From: Pelagomonas calceolata
Taxonomy: Eukaryota
Assembly (NCBI GenBank): GCA_918797485.1
Contig: CAKKNE010000006.1
Location: 1,798,001-1,862,000 of the forward strand
DNA: 64,000 bases
Reading direction: 5' to 3'
In this document: in pieces, positions 1 through 10,634 of the stretch
Position numbering within the stretch: position 1 is the first letter of the stretch
Layout: the number at the start of each line of letters is the position of its first letter
Notes under the pieces: generated by a model
Told to the model about the DNA's origin: nothing
Database searches by the model: none
The model's input: only the letters and a program-made list of their open reading frames with translations
Translations under genes and position numbers: made by a program

Positions 1-228
1 CGCAGGTTCGACAAACTATCGCCGAAATGACGAATGTCGAACCTACCAACTATATATTAACATTCGCAGTCCGTAGGTTCGACAAACTATCGCCGAAGTG
101 ACATTCGACGAGTTAACCAGGTAATTGTCGAATGTCGAACCTACCAACTATATATTTAACATTCACAGTCCGTAGGTTCGGCATACTATCGCCGAAATGA
201 CAAGTGGCGGGTTTATCAGGTAATTTCG
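1..228. repeat. Tandem array of ~99-bp unit (2+ copies, window-truncated) with internal inverted repeat
   Basis: cg(t/c)aggttcgacaaactatcgccgaa(a/g)tgac-like copies at 1, 72 and 171; gaatgtcgaacctaccaactatata at 32 and 130; gtaggttcgaca is the reverse complement of tgtcgaacctac. Confidence 0.85.
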
Positions 229-242
229 TATTATATAAATCA

Positions 243-354
243 GGTTAGCCGCGCGGGTTTTCGTAACGTGCGGGTTAGGGTTCGCGTCCGGGTTAGGGTT
301 GCGTAACGTGCGGGTTAGGTTTTATACGAGCTGGACCTTTAAAGGTCCAGCTCG
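243..354. repeat. Interspersed GGTTAGG(G) telomere-like motifs followed by a perfect 28-bp palindrome
   Basis: ggttag/gggttaggg motifs at 243-320; cgagctggacctttaaaggtccagctcg (327-354) is self-complementary. Confidence 0.8.
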
Positions 355-1088
355 CCATTGCTCTCTGATAGTGTACTACCAGTAACTTGAGGTAATTAAT
401 AGATAGATAAACAAATAACATGCCAGTGAAATTGAAACTTGAAGTAAAGAAGGACCCGGGCACGGGGACCGTGACGCTTCCCCTCTGGGCAACCCCGCGG
501 CGGCCCCCGATGCGCCCCTGACGCTGCCGCGGTATTTCGGTTCAATACGGCCTTACGTCGCACCCTAAAACTGTATCCTTGCCTCTCCATACATCAGAGA
601 TATGAGGTCCGGAAATCGGCATAGCTCCCCCACAGCTGGTAGTATTAGTCTTGTTGGAACCGTGACCCTCTGTATGATCGATAGACCGCCTCCTAAAACT
701 TCTTCTGCCGCAGACCGCGTCTCCAGCGGACCCCATCTTGTTGAGCTTTAGTTGAACTGTATGAAACCGTTGTTGCGGGCTGAAATAGAACATTAGGCAG
801 AGGAGTGGACACAAGCGAGCCAAAGTAATGCGTTAGCCGTCGAGCGGCACGCGGGTTCGTGTCGTTCCGCCTCGAACTTGAAAACGAACTCAGCCTGAGC
901 CTGCCAGTAAGGCGCTTGAAGGGACTCGGATTTGCTCGGACAATCGGGAGGTCCGGCCACAGAGTACACGCCTCCTCTTCCTATGCAGCCTTTCGGGTGG
1001 CCTTGGCGCATCAAAACGGAACCCTGGTAATCAAATTTATACCCAACATTATTTTGGCCCTTACTATGTTTTTGGTTGTATCCGCTGA

Positions 1089-1132
1089 TACCTACGGTAC
1101 TTGCTGGTACCGTAGGTACCGCAGTACCAGTA
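1089..1132. promoter_or_regulatory. GTAC/CTACG palindromic motif cluster upstream of CYFIP
   Basis: tacctacggtac...ggtaccgtaggtacc, about 75-120 bp before ATG 1207; the same motif precedes other genes. Confidence 0.55.
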
Positions 1133-1206
1133 TTGCGAGGTATGGAGAGGTATATGTAAGAAAGAATTGCGGCTGTTTTATGCATGCGTTGCGTTCGTAA
1201 TTAGGC

Positions 1207-4200
1207 ATGGATCAGCGATTGAGTGCAATCTCTGACCTGGGAAAGATATGGGTGACCGAGGCACATGTTCTTTCGATGTACTCGATGGTCGAGCATGGCC
1301 CAAAAATTCAGTCCCATGCTACCGGATTAGAGCTAGCAATGCTGTCCGGTACAAATTCTATCCAATTCCAGGATCATATCGGCCTACAGACAGAACTTGC
1401 TGAAGAGACTATCGCGACCGCAGGGATGGAGGCATTAGTCGTGGAAGGATTAGAACACATTAAGATGTTGTACACATTCAGGAGTGTGGGACGCGCAGTG
1501 CCAGTGGTAAATAATTTGAGTATAGAGAATAAGTACAAGTTGGACCTGGAGACGTTTCAAGTGCTGACTCCACAAATCGAGAAGATCAAACGCTTTATGG
1601 AATTTCAGGAGAGATGCATCGCAATGCTTTTGCAAAGCATGCAGGACCTTGCGATCAAACAGGTCCGCGGGAATAATACTGACCGCCACTACAATGCAAT
1701 TACAAAGTTAATGGATCTACTTCAAAAATTAGACAACCTCAAAGACATTAAAGCCTCACTGACAACTGATTTCTCTCGTTACAACCGTGTGTTGCAAGTA
1801 TTGCGAATGGACTTGCCTAATGGAGATAGTCTTGCCCGGGAGAAGCACAAACTGCAACTATTTTTATCTAACTTCAAATATTCAAACTCGCTTATCCTTA
1901 ATAATTTAAGAGACGCCTTGAAGCGAATTCCCAATCATGAACTCGTGCTGATAGATATTCTTCAACAAAATGTCGAGTTTATCGAGAATGGCCGCTATGT
2001 GCTTCTAGACGAGAAGTACCGGTTAGTACGGTCATTGCCGCGGCTTATGCTGCTAATTGATGGGGACCTGGGTGATAGCGTAAAAAGTGTGAACGTATTT
2101 AAGGACAGGCGTATAAGTCTCACTCCGCTCCAGTCTATTTTTAGAGCCTATCCAGTTGTTCCAGAGTGTGGGGACATGTCGATGACCATGCTTATTATCC
2201 TTCAGCGATCCCCCCATTGGGATGCTAGTATGGAGATAAGTTGGGGCGGCAACGCTGACCGGAGAATTGTCGCTCATTACTCACTACCGTCTCAGTGGAG
2301 CAGAATCAAGTTGCAGCACCAAGAATATATGCCGTACTTGGCGCAAACACTAACTGAGGTAGCAACTTATCTCTTCAAGAAAGACACTGCCACTGCAAAA
2401 TATGCAGCCTTTGTGTCGAAGATGGTATTCGATGGCTTTAAGCTGTTGCAGTCCTGGACCTGTGCCGTGCTCGAGTCCTACCATTGGAAGCTAACACATC
2501 CCTGCGCCGCAGCTATCATTACTAAGTTAGATAAGCAATCAGATCACCCCTATGAGCTTGCAATTCGATACAACTATTCTCCACGGGAACTTGGGGTTCT
2601 TGTGGACATAATCTCGATGATCAAATCGCTGACCTCAATGCTGACTCAAGCGGAGGCTCATGTCGCCCCCTACATCCGACTTCATATCCACCACAAAATA
2701 CAGCAATTTTCAGCAGGAGGGCTAGTACCTCCGTTGCATCGTGCGCATAAGCGAAAACGCGCAATAATCAATCCCCTTCTAAAACTACGACGCTTAGTCA
2801 GCGACTGGCCCAAAAATATTGAGCCAATCACGGACTATATATATTACTCCAGACAGGATGGCAGAGTTGAACCTACACACACAGCCCGTGTTGTTGGTCC
2901 AACATTTACACAGCTTCGACTTTTGCGGACCATGGTGCGCGCCATGTATGATCCGAGAAATCAGCTCCGTGTTCAATTTTTTTCCAAGAAGGACTTAGAG
3001 AAAGAAGATTTGCAGCTTATGGATTATTTCTACTGCGAGTCATTGTGCTTTCAATATTTACTCAACTATACAGGCACCTTAACCTCAAACTCCGACCTGG
3101 GCGACCTTTGGTATCGGGAGTTTTACCTTGAACTATCTGGGGAGGTACAATTTGCAATTGAACTTTCACTTGCATGGATTCTCGCGGAGCATGTAATTAC
3201 AGACCAGCACAAGTCGATGCCTCTGGTTGAAAATATCTTGTATACACTAGACACCTACAATGACGCAGCTCACCGGAGCATAAGTGTTCTTTCCCAGCGC
3301 TTCCTGTACGATGAGATAGAGGCAGAAGTTAATTTAATCTTCGACCAAATTGTCTTTCTGGTGTCCGACCATGTGTACTCCTATTACACAAAAATGGTGG
3401 GATTGAGGCACGTTGATGCACCACACCACGAACGTTTGCATCCAACTCTAAAGTGCGCTGATGTGCCTGCTGCTCAGAGGTATCACGTGCCAATATCACA
3501 GCGAAATACTCACGTCCTTGGCCGGATTATTGACCTTAACTTTTTAATCGCGCATCACGTCAACGGGAAGTTTTATGATGACCTTGACTACTGTGCGAAG
3601 AAACTTGAAGCAAGTGATTTATCTCAAGTGTTGGACTACCAAAAAGCCATTCGTGTCGTGCGTGAGACCCACGAATTACTCGACGAGCATCTTGAACTAG
3701 ATCCATTCGTTAAAATCATTACCACAGTAGATGAAGCTGTGGGACCAACAGCGTTTGCAGGAAGAGCCTTAATGCATATTCTCGCATGCCTGGTGACTGA
3801 CGTCTTCCCAAATTACTCTTACAATGGGTTTACAAGAAGATTTGTGATATCATCACTTGCGGATATTCCCCGACGTAGACACCCAAACCCCAGCTATGAT
3901 CATTCCACCTTTTGCGCCCCACCCAAGCACGTCTGCGAAAATGCAACTAAGCTTCATAGGAGCTTCATAGGAATGGTTCATATTGAGGCAATTATATGCA
4001 CTCTCGGGGTTGTTGGGATACCCTTACTTACAAAAAGTCTATTGCAATTCGTCAAAGAACAACTCGAGAATACCCTTACTTATCTTTACGCAATTATCAA
4101 AGGATTTCCGCCATGGAACTATAACATGATGTATGGACCCACCACTTGCTTCAGACACTTAGAGGCAGTACTACAAAATTTCGTTCATGCGGGTGTGGAC

Positions 4201-4926
4201 TTGAGACCTGAAGTTTTTCAGGCTTTTAAGGAGGTCGGTAATACAATTTGCTTCATCATGGATCTCTCGAATGTGCTGGATTGGCTAAGTTTGCGTGGGC
4301 AATTATGTGCACTTCGGTTTACCACTTTCAAGTTTCCCACCAAAACTACTCTCAACTCCACACTGGACTCGACTCAGCAATTTTACGCTTCATTGGGCCA
4401 GCTCTCCTGTGGAGCTCTCGCTCATCTTGGTGAGCTAACTAAGTCACTTCAAACGGCGCATATCCTTGAAAGCCACATTTTTGATTTGAATGCCACGCGC
4501 AACTTTTACCATATTTGGTCTTTACTCTCGCTCTCTTTTGGACTTTCTGGGCATGAAGAGAATCATAACCTGGTATCTGACGATGAACAGTTCGGCCACG
4601 GATTTTTTGTTGCGGGCGCTGTGCTCATACATTTCCTTGGACAGGTCGAACTATTCTATGCATGTGATTTCTCTAGCCAATTAAGTAGGATCAAAGCTCT
4701 AGAAGTTTCTTCTCCCTTGCAAATCACCCAGGGGGCTTTCTCAACCGTCCAGTTTGTCAAAACAAAGTCGAATCATGCAAAGGTTTACAACATGTTTTTT
4801 TCCCTATTGAGGGTCCATGCGATCGAGACAACTCATGATCACGATCTGCATTTTCTGCCTCCGACTTCTCATGATTTATTATGCGGGGTATCCAACGTCC
4901 ACATAAGGCCAACGCCTACAACCTAA
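1207..4926 (+). CDS. CYFIP: CYFIP/Sra1/PIR121 family protein (WAVE regulatory complex subunit), intronless
   Basis: 1239-aa ORF with family motifs MLYTFRSVGRAVP, YELAIRYNYS, DLGDLWYREFYLEL and QRFLYDEIEAEVNLIFDQ. Confidence 0.93.
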   Translation: MDQRLSAISDLGKIWVTEAHVLSMYSMVEHGPKIQSHATGLELAMLSGTNSIQFQDHIGLQTELAEETIATAGMEALVVEGLEHIKMLYTFRSVGRAVPVVNNLSIENKYKLDLETFQVLTPQIEKIKRFMEFQERCIAMLLQSMQDLAIKQVRGNNTDRHYNAITKLMDLLQKLDNLKDIKASLTTDFSRYNRVLQVLRMDLPNGDSLAREKHKLQLFLSNFKYSNSLILNNLRDALKRIPNHELVLIDILQQNVEFIENGRYVLLDEKYRLVRSLPRLMLLIDGDLGDSVKSVNVFKDRRISLTPLQSIFRAYPVVPECGDMSMTMLIILQRSPHWDASMEISWGGNADRRIVAHYSLPSQWSRIKLQHQEYMPYLAQTLTEVATYLFKKDTATAKYAAFVSKMVFDGFKLLQSWTCAVLESYHWKLTHPCAAAIITKLDKQSDHPYELAIRYNYSPRELGVLVDIISMIKSLTSMLTQAEAHVAPYIRLHIHHKIQQFSAGGLVPPLHRAHKRKRAIINPLLKLRRLVSDWPKNIEPITDYIYYSRQDGRVEPTHTARVVGPTFTQLRLLRTMVRAMYDPRNQLRVQFFSKKDLEKEDLQLMDYFYCESLCFQYLLNYTGTLTSNSDLGDLWYREFYLELSGEVQFAIELSLAWILAEHVITDQHKSMPLVENILYTLDTYNDAAHRSISVLSQRFLYDEIEAEVNLIFDQIVFLVSDHVYSYYTKMVGLRHVDAPHHERLHPTLKCADVPAAQRYHVPISQRNTHVLGRIIDLNFLIAHHVNGKFYDDLDYCAKKLEASDLSQVLDYQKAIRVVRETHELLDEHLELDPFVKIITTVDEAVGPTAFAGRALMHILACLVTDVFPNYSYNGFTRRFVISSLADIPRRRHPNPSYDHSTFCAPPKHVCENATKLHRSFIGMVHIEAIICTLGVVGIPLLTKSLLQFVKEQLENTLTYLYAIIKGFPPWNYNMMYGPTTCFRHLEAVLQNFVHAGVDLRPEVFQAFKEVGNTICFIMDLSNVLDWLSLRGQLCALRFTTFKFPTKTTLNSTLDSTQQFYASLGQLSCGALAHLGELTKSLQTAHILESHIFDLNATRNFYHIWSLLSLSFGLSGHEENHNLVSDDEQFGHGFFVAGAVLIHFLGQVELFYACDFSSQLSRIKALEVSSPLQITQGAFSTVQFVKTKSNHAKVYNMFFSLLRVHAIETTHDHDLHFLPPTSHDLLCGVSNVHIRPTPTT

Positions 4927-6549
4927 AGATCGTCAATCATGTACCTGTTGCCCGTCACCGAGTCACCATATTGTGAATAGAGTAGATTAGATCAGGAGGT
5001 TGTGCGCGGCAGGAGACAGAGAGCCGGATTCATAGGTAACTATGGTGGATGGTCAGGAAGCACTTACAGCTTCACCGGCACTTTCGGACTAGAAGTTATG
5101 ACTGAAGTAAAATAACCCACCCCACCAGAGCTTGGGTTCTCAGGGATGAGTAGTCCCAGTCTATATAGCCCAACTGTGATATTCTTCTACTGGCGGGCGC
5201 GGCAATGCTATGCTTCCTCCCGCATGGCGCCTAAACTAGATGTCTAAAACCGTCTGCTACAGCCCCAAAACAAGTCGAACTAAGTTTTGTGGTCGTCTGA
5301 GGGGAGCTACCTATACACGAATTTACTTTTAACTTTGGACGATGTCAGCTGAGATGTGCTTGCGTCTAGTGTTGGCGGTAGTACATAGAATCTTGCCTCA
5401 TCCTGACGGGTGGATACAAAGATGTATCTTCTGAGTCCGTCCAAAAAATTAATAGGCGCACTGAGTAGTGGATTTAGCCTGGGGCGGCCAGGGGGTGGCG
5501 AGCGGCTTGTACGTGCTCTGCCTCCACCCCTGCCAAACGCCACCGGTCACGCGAAGTGGATTCTTCATCATGAGGCCGTGTGCCGCCCAGTGGAACAGAG
5601 GCGGTAGGAGTGACGTGATCATCATTGTCAGTTATGGTGGACTGCCTTCCCTGAGAGACAACAAAGACGAGAGATCAACCATAAGGCATCTCCCAAGTTG
5701 ACATTTGCGCTCTACTAGTAGATCATCATGATGCTGTGGCCGCTCCGGGCCCTACTGAAGCCTGCCTGGCTGGCACGGCAGAAGGCTACAGTCCCCGGGT
5801 TACCAACTTCGCGTTGCTAGAGCGTGCGCGGACTAGGCGCCGCGCAACTGACCTTAATTTTTGAAAAATACAAAGAGTCCAGGCCAACTCCGATTGGAAC
5901 TCAAGTTGAACCTCAGTTTACTTCAAAAAAGCAGAGTGCCAGTGCCAGTGCCGGCAGTGGACTCGGATGGCGCCCGACGTCTCTAGATGAAGGGCCGGAA
6001 CTCACCCGAATCCGCCACTGTAGCACGCATCCCTCCGTGTTCTCAGGGCCAGTCTGGTGCTAACCGTGACTCTAGGTTGCCATTTACCTGAGGGGTTTTT
6101 TACCCCTGGCGCCGCCCGGGGTTAATAACCCGGGTAATTACCGGTCAGTACGGGTAATTTACCCCAGAATCTTATAGAGGGGTAGGGGAGGGGGCCTCAC
6201 GGGCCACTGGCGCGGGCCTGGGCCGCGCCGGGCCACATGACTTGGTACTTGCCTTGGCGCACCTGTACGTATCCAAAAGCTCAACGGGCTGCTTGCGCCC
6301 ATCCGCTCGTCCGGAGGGGTCTTCGCTAATCTCACTAAACGGGTTTAGTCGAAAACCCGTCGGGTTATTGGGCGGGTTGGATCCCAGGTTAACCCCCCGG
6401 TTATGCACAAGTGAAGTCATAAGTGAGGCACCAGGGTAACCTGAACTGCATGTAGGCACTGGTGTTTAGAAGGAAGGCGCAGTCATTTGTATCCTAGCAT
6501 TACCGTGACGAGTCCACCCCGGGCGGCCCGGGGCGGGGAGTAGTCACTG

Positions 6550-7003
6550 AGTATAGGGAAAATGTATACTTTATGTCCCATTCTGACGAATGAGCCATAA
6601 AATATACTTTTTCCATTTTTTAGAAATCCGACATAAAAACCATCCCCCCTTTTTTACCAACTAATAAAAAATATGTCAAAAAAACTTCAAGTTGACTCCG
6701 AGTCGGAACTGACATAAAAATCGCCAAATATTTTACCGTTGGCATTAGTAGTATAGACGAAACGTATAGTATTAGTCCCCCGCCTAACGGCGTGGAACGA
6801 ATTCCCTACATTTCGTGGGGAGGGACATATAGTATACGTTCTTTTTTTGACTCGGACATATTTTTTATTAGCCTGAGTTAGTTCAAGTTGCCAGTGGAAA
6901 AAAAGGGGGGATGGTTTTTATGTCGGATTTCTAAAAAATGGAAAAAGTATATTTTATGGCTCATCCGAAGGATGGGAAATAAAGTATACATTTTCCCTAT
7001 ACT
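6550..7003. mobile_element. MITE / non-autonomous DNA transposon with long terminal inverted repeats
   Basis: 6550-6684 is the reverse complement of 6842-7003 apart from short insertions (agtatagggaaaatgtatac ... gtatacattttccctatact); TATA lies outside both GGG/CCC ends. Confidence 0.85.
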
Positions 7004-7162
7004 ACTCGTCTTGCATCAATGCTGCCCGTGGCAATCCCAAGCCCGGCTAAACATCCGCATTTCGCCAAAAGAGTCTCTGTTGCACGACTTATGCGGGCTG
7101 TGCCCCAGCCCCCGCCAGCAGTTCAGCACCATCCTTGTGGAAACTCAACTCGCCCGCCGAGA

Positions 7163-8450
7163 TTATTTCGCCAATTTTGGTCTTCTGGCCTCGTCACAGG
7201 AATCCATGGTGGCAGAGAGATCCTCTATGTTTTCCTGCAGCAGCGACGATAGACCCTTAGCAGAAGGCGATGGGTAGGGGCGTGAGGACGCGACTTTCCA
7301 TAGATATCTGAGAAACGGAGGGTGGTAAGGGTCTTTTTCGTCGTCGGCATCGCCCAAGTCAATGCCTTGTGTAGTGTCATTTCCATCGAGCGCGCCTAAA
7401 ATTTGCATGTCGTTGATACTCAGCGCCCCGGCGCATGCTATCTCGTGCCGCGCGGCGGGCGTGTATGCGTGCAGCGGGTCTCGAACCCAGGAATCTGGTG
7501 TTACAACCTGCGCGAGTTGTCGACTACGAGACATCATCCATGAAGCCCTTTCTTTCCCCGAGCAGCCGCCGATGGTGTACCGCCAGCGAGCCCCAGGTGC
7601 CAAGCGTCTGATCGATGGTGCGCCGGCTGCGACGGGCGGCGCAAGATGACCATGCCAGACGAGCGCCTCGGAACTTGCGCGGCGCGCAGCTGTCGCGTCG
7701 CCGTTGCGAGCGAGCGTATGGAGCCGCTCAACGTCGGCGGCGAGACCTGCGGGATATAGTCGCGGCCGACCATAGTAATGGCGCAGGCGGTGGCGATTGC
7801 GTGCGATGCGAAGCCTGTGCGCATAATTGATCAAAGCAGATTGCCGCGACGGACGCGATGGTACGCGAGTGGGTCGCAACGGTAGCTGAAACTCTGGGGA
7901 CGCGCAAATCGAGGTCGTTCGTCTCGCATCCACGCGGGACTGACTCCGCCTCGGAATCAGTCTCGTCCTCCCAACACCTACATAAGCTCATGACGCCTTA
8001 CTTCGCATCACGACCGGCGGTTGTTCCCAGGGCCGTTCGAGGACAGATTCTTTTCAACTTCAACACGGCCTGGCGCCGCTCGACGGCGCGCCGTGCGCCC
8101 TCTCGGAGTGCCGCTCGCCGCGCGCGCATTTGACAGCACGCGTGCATTGCGATGTCAATTCCGCCGCTGCCTATTGCCGCTACGCTGCTACCGCAAGCCT
8201 TGGGTGCACGTAGGCGCCGCCGCGTATTCCCGATAACTGCTAGTGCCTCGCCTATCGTGACGCGGCGCAGGAGCTTCGCCACGTACACCCGAACTTTATT
8301 CACTGCGCGTACTCGCAGCGTCGCCGCCTCGACCCGGCGCCGCGCATTCGCGCGACGCGATGCGGTGTGCGGCCGATCTGCACCACCACGGCTCAGCCGC
8401 ATTGACGCTGAGACTGACATCTTCGGCGCTTTACTGAGCGCAGAAACTTC
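7163..8450 (-). pseudogene. Degenerate GC-rich reading frame of unknown origin
   Basis: ORFs 7998-8648 and 7728-7991 are in the same frame separated by one TAA, overlapping the 256-aa ORF 7163-7933; no recognisable domain. Confidence 0.25.
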
Positions 8451-8747
8451 ATGGTCGTGCCCTCTCTCATTACCCGCCCGGGCCCCGCTGGGCTCGGAGA
8501 TGGTGCAAGCTACCAGCTTGTACAAGCTCGCGAGCTTGTACTTTCTTGTAATGGGTGTATCTACGGTACTACAGGATCTACAGGTTCGTACTGAAAGTGC
8601 AATCAGGGGGGGGGTCTGCCAGTGAAATTTTGACAGATCACGGCGCATACATACGTCACGGTAGCCCTGTAGTGTGGATTTTCATAAAATAAGGGGGCTC
8701 CTTGCGACAAAGGCCCGGGGGGGGGGACTCGGGACTCAGCCTCAGCC

Positions 8748-8818
8748 TGCCACTGCCACTGCCACTGCCACCGCCGCCGCCGCGCCGCCGCCGCCCGGCC
8801 CGGCCGCCGCCGCCGCCG
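8748..8818. repeat. (ACTGCC)n/(GCC)n microsatellite
   Basis: tgccactgccactgccactgccaccgccgccgcc... Confidence 0.9.
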
Positions 8819-8879
8819 ACCCCCTTACCATCTTGGCCACATTTACGGTTCCCGCCCCGATTTCGGTTGCCGTGAGGCT

Positions 8880-9025
8880 CCGCAGGGTTTGGTATCGTAG
8901 CGCAGCTCCGATTGTGGCTTCTAAAGGGTTGCACTTGTCCTCAGTCCCAAAAGTCGTCGATTTATTTATGTCGCCGCGTACGCCGAGAACCTCGAATCGG
9001 TCTCTCGCGACGCTAAGACGGCCAC
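8880..9025. repeat. Dispersed repeat, homologous to 17966-18070
   Basis: Shared tatcgtag.gcagctc.ga.tgtggcttct and aatcggtctctcgcgacgc(t)aagacg. Confidence 0.75.
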
Positions 9026-9069
9026 TAGATACGCCAAGATGACCGTAGCTTCGCCCGGTCGTACCAGGA

Positions 9070-9216
9070 TAGCAGCCGCGCGGAGGGCAGCTTCTGCGCA
9101 CGCCCGGCGAGATTTTGTGCGTAGGTGGGGATTCGACTGTAGCTGGATCTTGGCGCTACGTGCGTCTTTTTTTATGCTGAAAAGCGGAGTATCCCGCATT
9201 TCAGGGCGCTCGGGCA
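9070..9216. repeat. Dispersed repeat, homologous to 58573-58750
   Basis: Shared gggcagcttctgcgcacgcccggcgagatttt and gtctttttttatgctgaaaa...gagtat.ccgcattt. Confidence 0.85.
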
Positions 9217-9996
9217 GCCCAAGTGATGCACCTGCTTCAAGTATACGATACGGCTCAATTGCGCTCGCATCGTGTGGGGGCCCATGTGTATAATATGCAA
9301 GAGTACTTGTATAAATTTATTAATTTTGTACCCGTCCCGGGACTGCGGGAGGGGTGGAGAGGCCACTGAAAGAGATGTTTCGCGTGCAGGCTCCGATCCT
9401 CATAATAGCAATTTTTAGCTAAAATTGCTAAACGTTTTTTCCGTCGTTCTCGGCCAATTTTGCGCCTGCGCGCAAAAAGAAAGCTGCCGAGGGCCGCTTG
9501 CAATGGAAATACACGTCTAGTAGGATCCCAAGGTTCAACTGAGACGTATCCAAGCACAACCCGTACTTGTATTGCCCGCCTAGGCTACTTCCCGGCCCAT
9601 CCTAGGGTCACGGTACTCCGATATCCCCTTACTAGTAGGGGGAAGTCGCCTCTCACTCCTAACTGTTATCATCCTGAGTCACTTTTATTGACGGACGTAA
9701 TTCCCCGTCACAAACCCCATCAAACATGGGAGAAACTATTTCGTTAGACGACTACACTACCGTGACGCTGCCGGGGAAATCCGGAGCTACCGTGACACAC
9801 TCTATTTCCCTATGCATCGCAGGTTATGGGCCCACGCTCTGCGTGGTGTCTAACGGAACTGTCCAGAGGCATTGAACAACCCTCCGGACGTTTTAAAACC
9901 TAACCTAAATCACTGGCATTACTAAGTTATAACTCAGGCTTGAAAACTTGAAACATCACTCAGGCTAAACGTTATTCAATTACCATCAGGCTCCGA

Positions 9997-10304
9997 GTCC
10001 CCCACGAAATGTAGGAAACTCGTTCCACGCCGTTAGGCGTGGGAACTAATTTTATACGTTCAAGTTTCGTCTATACTATTAACGAATATCACTGGCATGA
10101 TCCCCATTGATAGCCAACGGACAAAATATTCAAGTTTTGGCGATTTGTGTATCAGATTTTGACATAATTTTATTAGTTTGTAAGAAAAGGGGGGATGGTT
10201 TTTATGTCGGATTTCAAAAAAAATGGACATGTATATTTTATGGCTCATCCGTCAGCCTGAGGATCATGGCCCACTGGCAGGGAGGACATAAAGTATACAT
10301 TCCC
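9997..10304 (-). mobile_element. Inverted partial copy of the 6550-7003 MITE
   Basis: Reverse complement of 6556-6826 (cccacgaaatgtagg...ttccacgccgttaggcg...ggggggatggtttttatgtcggatttc...aaagtatacatt). Confidence 0.85.
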
Positions 10305-10634
10305 CCCCCCCGTGCAATCTGAGTCACGGTCAGGGCTGGCGGCCCGAACCACATATCGCAGACTTACTTAGGAGGCATAATACTGTCCCTGGGGGCCAGG
10401 CCGTAAATACGCGACTGATTGAGACGCGGCCTGGAAGTGGGTCGCGGGACTTCAACTTGACTCGGGATTCTCTTTTGCTACATTGTGTTGTAAAATGCTG
10501 TGCGCGTGTGCCTTTTGTCCTCTGCCGGTGATTTGAGTTTCCCTCAGGCAAAAATAGGTATTCTAAAGTTCTGATCCCATTCCACTCAATTTAATCAGCA
10601 GGTCCTTGTCAATTCTATTCTACTCTATTATAAA

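Noticed and set aside
1..228. CRISPR-like repeat/spacer pattern
   Set aside because: The intervening segments are themselves repeated, the context is eukaryotic and there are no cas genes.
243..320. True telomere
   Set aside because: Only a few spaced TTAGGG motifs, internal to other sequence.
5000..5800. LTR-retrotransposon remnant (also 16950-17340, 25430-26650, 54490-54900)
   Set aside because: Looks like decayed sequence, but I recognised no RT, RNase H, integrase or transposase motif.
8656..9101. Low-complexity ORFs (ATATA/PGPG/GGGG; also 12231-12671, 46925-47197)
   Set aside because: These are translations of microsatellites and the hexamer words.
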